64,000 bases of DNA. Source: Octopus vulgaris (taxonomy: Eukaryota). The stretch is from contig OX597826.1 in assembly GCA_951406725.2 (NCBI GenBank), forward strand, positions 69,192,001-69,256,000, written 5' to 3'. The notes under the pieces were generated by a model. It had not been told where the DNA came from and made no database searches. It saw only the letters and a program-made list of their open reading frames with translations. The position numbers were made by a program, and so were the translations under genes. Shown in pieces: positions 12,765-25,899 of the stretch (the stretch's first letter is position 1; each line of letters starts with the position of its first letter).

Positions 12765-13086
12765 GTGAAGGCACGTGGCTTAGTGGTTAGGGCATTCGGC
12801 TCACGATTGTAAGGTCGTGAGTTAAATTCCCGACAACCCGTTGTGTCCTTGAGCAAGACATTTTATGTCACGTTGCTCCAGTCCACTCAGCTGGTAAAAA
12901 TGAGTAGTACCTGTATATCAAAGGGCCGGCCTTGTCACACTTTGTGTCACGCTGAATCTCCCTGAGAACTACGTTAGGGGTACACGTGTCTGTGGATTGC
13001 TCAGTCACTTGCACGTTAATTTCAAGAGCAAGCTGTTCCGTAGATTGTATCAGCTGGGACCCTCGTCGTCGTAACCGACGGAGTGC
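12765..13086 (+). mobile_element. tRNA/CORE-like SINE with a third tail type
   Basis: C-like head, GTGTCCTTGAGCAAGAC core, tail ending GTCGTAACCGACGGAGT; this tail also occurs at 22915-22985 (-). Confidence 0.8.
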
Positions 13087-13098
13087 GACTTTTTTTCG

Positions 13099-13158
<60 letters not shown>

Positions 13159-13159
<1 letters not shown>

Positions 13160-13535
13160 CCGGGCGAAATGCTTAGCAGTATTTCGTCTGCCGCTACATT
13201 CTGAGTTCAAATTCCGCTGAGGTCAACTTTGCCTATCATCATTTCGGGGTCGATTAAATAAGTACCAGTTACATACTGGATAGATATAATCGACTTAATC
13301 CGTTTGTCTGTCCTTGCTTGTCCTCTCTGTGTTTAGCCCCTTGTGGGTAGTAAAGAAATAGGTGATTCTTCTGCCGCAATGTACTCAGTTCGAATTCCAC
13401 CGAAGTCGACTTTGCCTTTCATCCTTTCGGAGTCGATTAAATAAGTACCAGTTACGCACTGGGGTCGATATAATCGACTTAATCCTTTTGTCTGTTCTTG
13501 TTTGTCCCCTCTGTCTGTAGCCCTTGTGGGCAGTA
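13159..13535 (+). mobile_element. SINE family B, dimer
   Basis: Two consecutive units with GTTCAAATTCCGC...TTTGCCTTTCATCCTTTCGG..TCGATTAAATAAGTACCAG. Confidence 0.85.
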
Positions 13536-13875
13536 TTCTGTGATATCGTTGGAGAATAGTTGTTTAAAATGTCAAAGACATCGAACTTATGCTGCATGTG
13601 AGGTATCATAAATACCCAGAGTGCCGCCATATTCCAATCGCTAATTTCAATTCTTCTCTTTCCTTCTTAATCTTGCATTCGGTCTGTTTCTCTGCCGTAA
13701 CTAACTTTTTGAAGACATACACACCATATACACAAGACACGCATACACAGGTATATATACACACACATGAAGAACAGATTCTCACAGCGCGTACACAAAG
13801 ACATACATTCATACCTACACACATAGATGCATACATACATACATATATATATAAATATAAATATATATATACATA

Positions 13876-13925
<50 letters not shown>

Positions 13926-13930
<5 letters not shown>

Positions 13931-14032
13931 GAAATTTAGAGAAAAAACAAAAGATGAAGGCGTATATACAATAAGCAGTTATATTACTTTGACGCTCGGA
14001 AAAAGTCTTTTACGTTTCGAGCCTACGCTCTT
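13926..14032 (-). mobile_element. Second copy of the 1692-1835 hammerhead-bearing repeat, truncated inside the ribozyme
   Basis: Minus strand AAGAGCGTAGGCTCGAAACGTAAAAGAC is identical to 1710-1737; lacks the CTGANGA half. Confidence 0.7.
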
Positions 14033-14133
14033 ATAAATTTATATGTGCGTATATTTATACATACATACATACATACATATATATATATTTGTATATACAT
14101 ACATATACATGCATATATATCAATATTTATGTA

Positions 14134-14165
<32 letters not shown>

Positions 14166-14233
14166 ATGATAAATCTCAGAGAGAGTTATAAACAGTAGCG
14201 GTAACACATGGTGAATGGCAAATATGCGTCACG

Positions 14234-14264
<31 letters not shown>

Positions 14265-14684
14265 TATCCACCTATAAACATATACATACATACATACATA
14301 TACATACAAGCACAAACGCACAAACTTACACACATGCACGCGCACACACACGCACACTCACACATACATCATATAAAGTCTAATGACCGTTCATTCGAAA
14401 TACAAAGAAGGTCTTTTCCATAAAATCTTAATTATCTTTTATTTGTGATTTCCTCCATTACATTACTCCCCGCTTTAGTAGTTGCATTCGGTGACACAGA
14501 GGCTTTGTAGTTGCTTCACTCACTGTTATTAGTGACACTTAATAAAGAGTGGATTGGTTGTGTACATATCATACATACATGCATACGTGCATACATGCAT
14601 ACATCGATGTATCTGAGCATGTGTATATACGTATTTATACACACGTGTGTGTGTTTCCTTGTTTTGTGTCTGCATTTTTGTACG

Positions 14685-14745
<61 letters not shown>

Positions 14746-14746
14746 C

Positions 14747-14792
<46 letters not shown>

Positions 14793-14940
14793 AATCTATC
14801 AATTTATCTATCTATCTACCTATCGCTTTCTCTATCTATCCATTTATGTATATATCTATCTATTTAGCTATCAACTTATCTATATATATATCTACTAATC
14901 TGTCCATTTATCTATCTATATGTCTATTTATCTATCTATC
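14685..14940. repeat. (TATC)n microsatellite
   Basis: Direct reading. Confidence 0.95.
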
Positions 14941-15139
14941 TGCCTGGCTGTCTGTTTGCCTATATGTATATACAGAGAGAAAGAGAGTGACAGGTAGAGA
15001 GAGAGAGAGAAATATAAAATAAATACATACATACACATATTTGCCTTCATATATATAGAGAGAGATAAATAAATTTTAAAAAACGAACACGGAAGCATAG
15101 TTATATGACATACAAATAGCTAGCTAGCTAGCTAGATAG

Positions 15140-15176
<37 letters not shown>

Positions 15177-15268
15177 TAGAGAGAGAGAAAGTGAGAGAGA
15201 TATGTCCGGGTATGTGTGTCTATGTATGTATTTAGACATATATTCGCACATATGCACACATACACGCA

Positions 15269-15314
<46 letters not shown>

Positions 15315-15422
15315 CACACACACACATATACAAACATACCTACATAAAATTATTACTTGTGTATGGCCATGGTGAGAGCTCGCTAGTAAGATAACGTATG
15401 ACTTAAATATAGCAACGCATTC

Positions 15423-15487
<65 letters not shown>

Positions 15488-15918
15488 TATGTACACACAC
15501 ACACACACATACATTTGGCTGCTTCGTTCTGTATTCTTTAAAAACCTGTTCATGTGTACATATACACATATCTGTTTGTCCACTCGTATATATATTGATA
15601 TATATCCACTCGTTACATACTAACCTTCTGGAATGTTTTAGTTGTATCTATATTTCCATAAATAGCTGCGAGCTCTAAATTCTTAATTAACCGTTTCTTT
15701 TGTGGTCTAACGAAAATCAGCTTCACAAGATTGTTAGCGAGGCAGTTTATATATCCAGGCGCCCTAATAATTACAGTTGTAAATCTTAATTTAATTTCTA
15801 TGTGGAGTGTCTAAATTTCTCTTGTGTTCACTATCAACGTTTTCTTACGCTTTTATATTTAATGTATCGTCTGCTGAACAACTGATTTTTATCAGTGTAA
15901 ACACTCATTTCTCTGTTC

Positions 15919-16308
15919 CAATTCCTGGTGCCGAGTGTGCGAAGATTGTACTTTACTAAGAATTTGACAAAATCGTTCAACTGATTTTCTTTCATGTTAT
16001 GTGTGAGTTGGCTCGGTAAGTAGAGCATGGGGCTCTTAATCGTGAGGTTGTGAGTTCGATTTCCGGACGGCGGTGCTGTGTTTTTATGTTCTATATTTAT
16101 TTCACGTTGCTCCAGTTCAGTCAGCTTTAGGATGGAGTTGCGACGTCACTGGTGCCAAGCTGTATCGGCCCCTTTGTCTTTCCCTTGGATACCATCAGTG
16201 GCGTAGAGTGTAGATGCTAGTATACATAGGTAACTGCTGGTCTTCCAGAAACAACCTTGAAATCGGACGTGGAAACACAGAGGGAAACTTTCTTGCTGCA
16301 ATCCCATG
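15919..16308 (+). mobile_element. tRNA-Lys(CTT)-derived SINE family D with about 85-bp 5' leader (possibly the octopus OK family)
   Basis: GTAGAGCATGGGGCTCTTAATCGTGAGGTTGTGAGTTCG resembles tRNA-Lys CTT; body shared with family C; second copy at 22052-22460 (-). Confidence 0.8.
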
Positions 16309-16466
16309 CGCAGAAGGTTTTTACCCCTTTTTACTCTCCTCGTGGTCTTTTCCCTTCAACTTGTTTCAGTCAACGGACCTCAGTCACGATGGGACACCGC
16401 CTTCAAGTGTCTTAATTCAACGAATCGACTCCATTACTTAATTTTTAAGTCTAGTACTTACTCTAT

Positions 16467-16599
16467 GTGAAGGCGCTTGGCTTAGTGGTTAGAGCGTCGA
16501 GCTTACGATCGCGATGTTGTGAGTTCGAATCCCGTACCGGGCTGCGTGTTGTGTTCTTGAGGAAGACACTTAATTTCACGTTGCTCCAGTTCACTCAGC
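16467..16599 (+). mobile_element. SINE family C head, 3'-truncated
   Basis: A/B boxes and core match 483-722. Confidence 0.85.
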
Positions 16600-17840
16600 A
16601 ACATGGGATACGGCAATTAAAGTGGATATGACAAGAGTGGGGGTGTTGCGGGAGCACATGCGATGTGCAGTGGTGGACCCGGAGTACCTGGCGAAATTGA
16701 GAAAGTATATGGAAGATTTTAAGTTGTGGGGAAAAAAAGGATAAATACAAGTACTATGCCAGAGCGGGTGAGTTATTTTTAGATTCTCAAAAAATAAAAA
16801 ATAGATAAATTGAATAACGAAAGTGTAAATTGCTGTTATGAATGGTAATGAAAAAGATATATAAACTGTGGTTGCAAACGGTGTAGTAACAGGTTCAATG
16901 AAGTCATTCGGAGGTGGGGGCCGAGCGACTTCATTTCATCTTTCATTGTATAATTCCATTCATTCATTCCATTCGTTTTTTTTTTTTTTTGTCCTCACCT
17001 TGTGCTGTCCCCGCTGTGTAAGGATTTTATGGTCAATTTTCATGAAATAAAGAAGCTTGCTTCCGGTTTACCGTGATTCATTCGTTTTATTGGATTTGTT
17101 CGAGATACACGTGTTTTGTTTTGTTTTGTTTTGTTTTTTTTGCTGTGCGTCGTTTATCCTCTTGTATGATTAAGGTGCTTCGAGCGAGGATTGGCGAGGT
17201 TTTGTGTTGTTCTGCGTCAAAGCGTTGAAAGCTGCACTTCCTCGGACCGTCGTCTGAGGAAGAAATGGTAGAGTGCCTCAAGAAAATATAAAAAGCTATG
17301 GAATATAGAAGTTATGCTGCAGCGACGGAAGAAAAGTGCGAAGACATAAGGTTGGAGGATGTAAGTAAGTATAAAGGAATGCTTGAAAGGGAGGGGAACG
17401 AAGTGAAGGGGTTCCCCCGCCAAAGAAGTGTTTAAGGAACTAGTGGTTAGAAATTTATAGAACGTACTCAGTGACAGCCAGAAAAATTGAGAATATGTCG
17501 ACTGTACAAATAGAAAAAGCGTTGAGACCAGTCTGGAAAGGGATTTCGTACCTTGCCAGAAGAAATAAATTTGGAACGGTAGAGGTGCGGTTTGGAAAGG
17601 TTGCTACTGCCAGGCTGCACTGAGCAATACCGCCGAAAACGAATGAGGTAGTTCTTCTACCCTTATACCTTGGGAGACGTGCTTCCAGGGTTAAGGTGGA
17701 GGAAATACTCCCGGAGGTGTATGTAGCCTGGTTGGTGGTTGCTATACTGCTAGGAATGGAGAAGGTGGTGGTCCTACCAGAACACCTCATAGGATCTGGC
17801 AGGGACAAATCCTTGATATGCTGGTGCAAATCGCAGAGAA
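16600..17840 (+). mobile_element. Decayed Tx1/L1-like LINE segment (ORF C-terminus and 3' UTR, then 5' UTR and ORF1-like region)
   Basis: 16604-16744 is an open frame ending KLWGKKG*; AATAAA at about 17046; from about 17483 reads KIENMSTVQIEKALRPVWKGISYLARRNKFGTVEVRF...LPLYLGRRASRVKVEEILPEV, resembling RRM-type ORF1 of Tx1-like LINEs. Confidence 0.5.
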
Positions 17841-17841
17841 T

Positions 17842-18160
17842 GGATTTGATAGAAAGAAACTGAAAGAAGCCCGTCGTATGGGAGTATATATGTGTGTGTG
17901 TGTGTGTGTGTGTATGTGTGTGACTTTGTGTCTGTATTTGCCCACCACAACAGCATGACAACCGGTGTTCGTTTGTTTACGTCCCTGTAACCTAGTTGTT
18001 TGGTAAAAGAGACCGATTAAAATAAGTGGCAGGATTTAAAAATAGATAAAAATTGAAAAATAAATTAGTAGTATTAAGACCGATTTATTCGACTAAAAAT
18101 ATTTAAGACGGTACCTCACCATGGCCGCAGTCTAATGCCTGAAAGAAGTAAAAACTAAAA
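17842..18160 (+). mobile_element. SINE family A, 5'-truncated
   Basis: GAAACTGAAAGAAGCCCGTCG, (TG)n and 3' half. Confidence 0.8.
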
Positions 18161-18964
18161 ATAAAAGACATACATATGTTTGTGTGTGTGCCTGTGTGTG
18201 TGAGTGTATGTGTGTATTTAAACATGTTACTCTATGTGTTTGCTCGTACTTATATATGCATAAATGTAAGCTGGTATCTATGCGCCTATCTTTTCATATA
18301 TGGATGTACAAAATATTCGTTTGTAAGCGCGATGGTTTGTGGCGCCAAGTCTTATAGGTCAAATTTCTTGTAGCTAATCTTTCTAATGGAAAAACTATAG
18401 TATGTCCCTCTTAATAGATTAGGTAAGAAGACAGTTGCTACGGTTACTAATCTAGCAACCTATGTAGGCTATGAGATTAATTGATTGTAGAGTCAGTTAA
18501 AATTTTGTATATTAATTATAAATGAGAAATTGAAGACAAATTGACTAATCTAATCAAATTTTCGTTCACTGATTTATTTGACTGTTAGAAAGACAAACGT
18601 ATATATTCATTAACGCTGACGTCGTTGCTGCTGCTGCTACTACTACTGCTGCCGGTGTTCTTGCTATTGTTGTTGTTGCTGTTGCTACTGTTATTGATGT
18701 TGTTGTTGCCGCTGCTGCTGCTGTGTATATGTAGGTCACCACTGACTCAGCAGATTCTTTACGAAGTCGTATCGTAATACGTTTGAACTTGGTTGTTATT
18801 TCTAGCTTGTCGAACGGCCATTTATACGCAGGGTTGTCTTGCAAGCACCTAGTAAGGCGCTCTGCTTTTTGTGTCGTCTGCTGTCTTATATTCTATAATG
18901 CAAATAATCCTTTCTAATTTCAAAAGAAGACCAGTAATTCTAAGGTGAGGAGCTAAGTTTAATT

Positions 18965-19220
18965 CTTCTTCTTTCGCCCTTTTAAAGCCTAGCCTGGCTC
19001 ATGGGCCCGGTTTCCCGGTTTCTATGGCGCATGTGTTTCCCAGCTGGACGCGACGCCAGTCCATCGCCGCGTTACTCATTTTCGCCAGCTGAGTGGACTG
19101 GAGCAACGTGAAATGAAGTGTTTTGCTCAAGAACACAACGCGTCGCCCGGTCCAGGAATCGAAACCACAATCTTTGGATCATGGTGCTAACACCCTAAAC
19201 ACTAAGCCACGCACCTCCAC
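18965..19220 (-). mobile_element. SINE family E
   Basis: C-type tRNA head and core, tail GAAACCGGGAAACCGGGCCCATGAGCCAGG...(GAA)n. Confidence 0.85.
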
Positions 19221-20546
19221 AAGCTTAATTACATGGACTTTAATTCTCAAAATATTAATCGACCCTGGATGATGAAAGACAAAGATGACCTAAGCAAAAC
19301 TTGAGCTCAAAATGTAAAGAGCACGTAAAAAATTGTCATTGAGCACTTTGTTTGACACTCTTACGATTATGCCAGATTGACGCGTTTCAAATTTGGAACA
19401 GGGTCAGTATCGTGATCAGGAGAGCACCACTGAATAGCTTAACCATAGTACTTAACCGGTACTTTATTATATCGACCTTGAAAAGATGAAAGACAAAGTC
19501 CACCTGGGCGTGATTTGAACTAAGAACGTAAAGAACCACCTCTTGGCACTGTCAACAAACGATTAACCTCGGACTTGATATTGGTAAACAGAAGAAATAA
19601 GAGTTTCTGGGTTCTACAGTTGTTGCTATCCCTTATGCTGTCCACCGTATTCTTTCTGATTTTCTATTCTTTCTCGGTAAAAAGCTCACACGTAACTGTT
19701 ATTATCACATATATATCGCAACTAGGTTTCCTCTCTTGTACCACCTGTCCTAATGCTTTTTTACTTTCAAAACGAGTTACAACTCCGGAATATTGTTTTG
19801 AGCTGTGTTGGGGTGCTAGATTCCCTTGTTCGAAAATATAAGAACACAGATCATGTTGTATAGTCAGCTAGAGACGATGTTTCCTGGGGCTAAATTACAG
19901 CAACATTAGTCCTAAACCAGGACGGCCATGTTATGCTGGCAAACAATATTTACTACAAAGTAGTGTTGCTGAATATATCACGTTGTGAGATTTAAAAATA
20001 GAAATTTTCCAACTCCGGAATAGTTCGACCACCTTCGAGGGTCATCACCACTTTATCAGACACCATATTAGCATATGACACTTCTGCGCCCGCCACGTGT
20101 TTGTACAGAATCGCTATTGTAAAGATTAGCCAATAATCAACGTAAACGTATGTATCTGGCCGTGAACACTGTATTTAGTCATCACGAATATTAAGACACT
20201 TGCCTATGACCAGATCTGTGGATTACCAGTTCCATTTCTCTAATTATATCGTCCTCCGTTTCTGCTCTTCTATACACCGTACCCCAGTCGAAATTGCATA
20301 CATCATTACCCACATCAGCCAGGGTTTCCTCCGGCTGGATGTTTCAGAATGGTGTTGTTGCCTACGTGCTCATTAGGTCTTGTACTTCGTTTGTTTTCCA
20401 ACCCAACCACTCATATGACATTCTTCTTGACCTCAATTCCCATTACCTGCCTATAGGGTACCCCTAAATTGACGACAATTCAAGGTTCAACATCCCTTGC
20501 CAAAAATCACTGATCCTGGCTCTCGTGTTTCATCAACCCAATTACG

Positions 20547-20772
20547 TATTTCTTTACTACCCACAAGGGGCTAAACACAGAGGGAACAAACAAGGACGGA
20601 CAAACCGATTAAGTCGATTATATCGACCCCAGTGCGTAACTGGTACTTATTTAATCGATCCCGAAAGGATGAAAGGGCAAAGTCGACCTCGGCGGAATTT
20701 GAACTCAGAACGTAGCGGCAGATGAAATACGGCTACGCATTTCGCCCGGTGTGCTAACGTTTCAGCCAGCTC
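20547..20772 (-). mobile_element. SINE family B, monomer
   Basis: Reverse complement of the 33188-33423 type. Confidence 0.9.
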
Positions 20773-21234
20773 AACCCAATTACTGTAAATCAAATGTATA
20801 AGAAGCTGTGTTTCGAACCAGCTCCGCCGATTTCTTTACTTCTTTTTCCTTCATTCCTAATGACTATGCGTTTAGATTTGTGTACACTGCCACGACCGCC
20901 AAGAGATGTTGTCTCCCTCATTAGTCATAGCCGGCACTAGTTATTGTTTGTAAGTACAAGAAAAACGCTCATAATTTTAGCCAGGCAGGCATTCGTGATT
21001 TATATTTCGTCACTCTTCGACAACACGATCAGGCAAAACCATGATTCGTCACACAACTTCGCCACACTGACTTCTCCTGTAGTTTTACACGTATTTCGTT
21101 TCTGTGTGTTACTTTTAACGCCGGAGAAAGAAGAGAAGTAATTACTCCAATCCGAAATATAACAGCGTCGTCATTCGTCAGAGTATCTGGCTCCTGTTAG
21201 AGTGTTTCTTTATGTGTGTAGGATTGTGAATATG

Positions 21235-21294
<60 letters not shown>

Positions 21295-21526
21295 CGCGTC
21301 CGCTGTTTTTACTGGCTTTAATAACGCTTCTTATTCTTTCATTATGTAAATATTTTCATGCGGGGGTTTTCAGTGACAACAAAATAATTTCTTTATCTAT
21401 TTTGTCACAAACGTTGTCGTTTGTTTTAAGTTATCGTTTGTCTTTGCTCTGTTAGAGGCGTTCCCATTTATTCTTGTTGTTGTTGTACTTTATTGTTGAC
21501 GCAGTTGTTTTAAAATTCTCCAAAGA

Positions 21527-22160
21527 CAAAACACAAAATGTTAACAAATGAAAAATTCCAAACCTTTCTCATTTATTTTCATACAAAATAAACTGCACTT
21601 GTAAGAACGATCCGTTGTAATAACCCAATGAAGTGGGAAAACGGGAAGAAAGATTTACCAGCAAAAATCGGCGCACGAAAAACATGTCCACTGAAACACA
21701 ACAGTCAGTAATACAGGATTCTGGTTCAAGTATCTGAGACCCCCTTTGGTCACGACACAGACCATGGGATTGCAGGAAGAAAGTTTCCCTCCCAGGTACA
21801 AGTCCGGGCTAGGTTGTTTATGAAAGACCAGCAGTCGCCCATGCAAAACACAAAATGTTAACAAATGAAAAATTCCAAACCTTTCTCATTTATTTTCATA
21901 CAAAATAAACTGCACTTGTAAGAACGATCCGTTGTAATAACCCAACGAAGTGGGAAAACGGGAAGAAAGATTTACCAGCAAAAATCGGCGCACGAAAAAC
22001 ATGTCCACTGAAACACAACAGTCAGTAATACAGGATTCTGGTTCAAGTATCTGAGACCCCCTTTGGTCACGACGCAGACCATGGGATTGCAGGAAGAAAG
22101 TTTCTCTCCCAGGTACAAGTCTGGGCTAGGTTGTTTATAAAAGACCAGCAATCGCCCATG
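21527..22160. repeat. 317-bp tandem duplication
   Basis: 21527-21843 and 21844-22160 differ at about 6 substitutions. Confidence 0.95.
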
Positions 22161-22460
22161 CATACTGGTCTCCCCACTCCACACCACCAGTGTTATCCAG
22201 GCGTAAGGTAACGGCCGATACAGTTTGGCACCGGTGACGTCGCAACTCCATCCAAAAGCTGACTGAAATGGAGCAACGTGAACTAAATAAAGAACACAAA
22301 ACACGGCCCCGTCCGCAAATCGAACTCACAACCTCACAATTAAGAGCCCCATGCTCTACCCACTGAGCCAACTCACTCATAACATGAAAGAAAATCAGTT
22401 GAACGATCTTGTCAAATGCTTAGTAAAGTACAATCTTAGCATACTCGGCACCAGGAATTG
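22052..22460 (-). mobile_element. SINE family D (tRNA-Lys head plus 5' leader)
   Basis: Matches 15919-16308, including the leader CAATTCCTGGTGCCGAG...TTCATGTTA. Confidence 0.85.
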
Positions 22461-22555
22461 CTAAGGAACACGACACGCAGCCCGGTCCGGGATTCGAGCT
22501 CACAACCTTACGATCGTAAGCTCGACGCTCTAACCACTGAGCCATGCGCCATCAC
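22461..22555 (-). mobile_element. SINE family C head abutting the family D leader
   Basis: Near-identical to 635-722. Confidence 0.85.
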
Positions 22556-22988
22556 AGTATGATGGCAGAAATTTCAGAGCAAATGGTAAGTCAATGACTC
22601 TGATGCTAGTAATTACTACTACATTTTATCGACGTAAAGTTTAGATTTTTTCTTTTTACTTTATTTCGTGTCTTCACTAAAAGAACAATTACTCAGCTAG
22701 AAATCTAAGTTAGGTTACTAAGGTTACTAAGCTAGAAAGGTAGCGAGCGGGCAAAGTCGTTAAAAGGCAAGAACGGAAGACAAGAACGGAAGAATTGCCG
22801 TAAAGCATTTCGTCCGGCGTACTAAAGATTCTGCCAACTCGCCGCCTATAATTGCTGGCTTTGTGCTAAAATTTGAAACCTTTATAGGTTGTAAATTTAG
22901 CACAACGTCCACAGCCGGTACTCCGTCGGTTACGATGACGAGTATTCCAGTTGGTTCGATCAACGGAAAAGCCCGCTCCTGAATTCTC

Positions 22989-23020
<32 letters not shown>

Positions 23021-23022
<2 letters not shown>

Positions 23023-23232
23023 TCTTTTACTTGTTTCAGTCAATTGACTGTGGCCATGCTGGAGCACCGCCTTTTTGCCGGGGAAATCGACCGCAGGACT
23101 TATTCTTTGGAAGCCTAGTACTTATTCTATCGGTGTCTTTTGCCGAACCGCTAAGTTACGGGGACGTAAACATACCAACATCGGTTATCAAGTGATGGGG
23201 GGTGCCAAACACAGATATACAAGCATATACGC

Positions 23233-23301
<69 letters not shown>

Positions 23302-23442
23302 TATATACGACGGGCTTCTTTCAGTTTCCGTATACCCGAGGCTATAGTAGAAGACACTTGCCCAAGGTGCCATGGAGTGGGAATGAACCCGGAACCATGT
23401 GTTTTGTAAGCAAGCTACTCACCACACAGCCACTCCTGCGCC
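23021..23442 (-). mobile_element. SINE family A with small internal deletion
   Basis: Matches 11037-11500. Confidence 0.9.
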
Positions 23443-23451
23443 TATATATAT

Positions 23452-23499
<48 letters not shown>

Positions 23500-24174
23500 T
23501 TGTGTGTGTATGTATGTATGTATGTCTGAATATGTATTATACATAGAAAAATACACAAATTTATGGAGATAAAGATACAAACATATTTCACATATATATA
23601 TATATATATACATATGTGTAAATACATACATATATACACATATGTGTGTGTGTGTGTCTGCGTGTGTAATTATATATATGTGTGTGTGTGTGTCTGTGTG
23701 ATGTGCTGTACAGTATATATGCGTATATTTATGCGTGCGACAATACAGTTATGTAACTACAATCACACGCGCGCGCAGACATTAGAGACGTCGCCGAGAG
23801 CAGATAAACAACCGTCACACACACATACACTTGCACATACACAAACGTACACACAATGATACACGCACACACACACACACATACACACACATACTCACGC
23901 ATGCGCGCGAAATGACACATATGATCTGGTAGCATCTATGTTTGAAGTTAAAGCAACAAGGACCGAAAGACAAAAGAGATTTACATCTAACCTGTATTGG
24001 TCGGTAATTTGTCGGTTCATTGAATCTCATCAAGGGAGTGCGATAGACATCATAAGGATCGCGATCGACGGATAAAGTTAAATAGAACAAGCTCTGTGCA
24101 AGATAATGGCGGTCTGGGAGAAGTGACGGTGGCGTCGAGTGGGGGGGGGCTGATGCTGGTGACGGCAGTGCTAA

Positions 24175-24899
24175 TGGTGATGGTGGTGGTGTTGATGCTG
24201 GTGGTGGTGATGCTGGTGACGGCAATGGTGATGATGGTGGTGGTGGTGGTGGTGGTGGTGGTGGTGGTGGTGGTGGTGGTGGTGGTGGTGGTGGTGGTGA
24301 TGGTGATGGTGTTGGTGGTGGTGGTGGTGGTGGTGGTGGTGGTGGTGGTGGTGGTGGTGGTGGTGGTGGTGGTGGTGGTGGTGGTGGTGGTGGTGGTGGT
24401 GGTGGTGGTGGTGGTGGTGGATGTGGAATAAAAGTTCTCTAACTTCTATCTCACTATCTTTCTTTCTCTCTCTCTCTGTATCTCTCTCTCTCTGTATCTC
24501 TCTCTCTTACACCCTCGTTCTTTCTGCATTTTTGTTTCCGTCTCTCTCCCTCGTTCTCGCTTTCTTACCCTCTCTCTCCCTCTCTTTTTCCCTCTCTTCT
24601 TCCCTCTCTCTTTCTCCCCTCCTCTTTTTCTCCCCTCTCTCTCCTTCTCTCTCTCTTCCTCTCACTCTATCTCTCTTCCTCTCACTTTCTCTCTCTCCCT
24701 CTCTTTTTATCCCCTCCTCCTTTTCTCCCCTCTCTCTTTCCATCTCTCTCTCTCTATCTCACTCCCTCGTTTCTGCATTTTTGTTTCCTTCTCTCTCCCT
24801 CGTTCCCTCTCTCTTACACTCTCTCTCCCTCTCTCTTTCTCCCCTCTTCTTTTTCTCCCCTCTCCTTCTCTCTCTCTTTCTCTCTCTCTCTCTCCTCTC

Positions 24900-24930
<31 letters not shown>

Positions 24931-25710
24931 GCTCCCTCGTTTAAGTCGCCTTGTTTAGACAATTTTAATGTTTATCGAAGATTAACGATAACTACTTTAG
25001 CTGAAACACTTGGTCCATTGGCAATACTGATGATGATGGTGATGACGATGATGATGATCAACATCATCATCATCATCATCGTCACCACTGCTATCATTAT
25101 CCTCATCATCGTGGTCGTTATGATCCTTAACATTGACATCATCCTCAATATCATCATCATCATCGTCATCATCTTCATCATCGTCATCATCATCGTCATC
25201 ATCATCAATATCCTTACTATCATCAGCATCCCTGTCATCTTCATCAACATCATCATCAGCAGCAGCAGCAGCGGCGGCGACGGCGGCAAGAAGTTGATAT
25301 CGATTGCTTTGTTAAGGGTAGAAACAATGATAATGTTAATTGGTTTTTATAAATGTGGGCGGATGGACAGGGATTAGAGGAAAACAAGGAACAGGAGGGA
25401 GGGGAGCAGGAAGGAGAGAAGGAGGGTGTTAGCAGGAGGGGTTTAGAAGGAGGAGTTGCAGGAGGGAGAGCAAAAGAGAGAGCAGGAGAGATAGAGTGCA
25501 GGAGGGGGAGCAGGAATGAGAGCCTGAGGGAGTTAGCAAGTGGGGGAGCAGGAGGGGGAGTGGAAGGGAGAGCAGGAAGGGGAGCAGGAGTGAGAGCATG
25601 AGGGCATTAGCAAGAGGGGGACAGGAAGGGAGCGGAAGGGAGGGCAGGAGGGGGATAAGGAGAGAGGGAAGGAGGGGAGCAGGAAGGGGAGCAAGACGGG
25701 TAGCAAGATT
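24175..25710. repeat. Low-complexity block: (GGT)n, CT-rich, (CAT)n, then GA/G-rich tracts
   Basis: Direct reading; source of the spurious 318-aa ORF at 24421-25377. Confidence 0.9.
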
Positions 25711-25899
25711 TCTTTTTTGCCTTATATTGACGGGGTACGGTTAATCTTTACAGAATCTGTTTCTGTCCACCTTACGAATCATCTGGTGGAGGGCGGTGAG
25801 GATGTAATCTGGTGGAGTAATGTGGTGGAAGGCGGTGGTGATGAAACATTGGTTATTCGTCTTGAATTATTTGTGGGTTTTAGATAATCCCTTCTATGG

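Noticed and set aside
16005-16075. tRNA-Lys(CTT) gene (also 22305-22378)
   Set aside because: No acceptor stem and a broken anticodon stem; continues into a SINE body.
19860-20520. Complex non-repetitive sequence (also 1-330 and 51650-52250) as possible exons
   Set aside because: No sustained reading frame or recognisable motif on either strand; probably old TE debris, unresolved without a database search.
24421-25377. 318-aa ORF with hydrophobic runs
   Set aside because: Translation of CT-rich and (CAT)n microsatellites; no domain or splice context.
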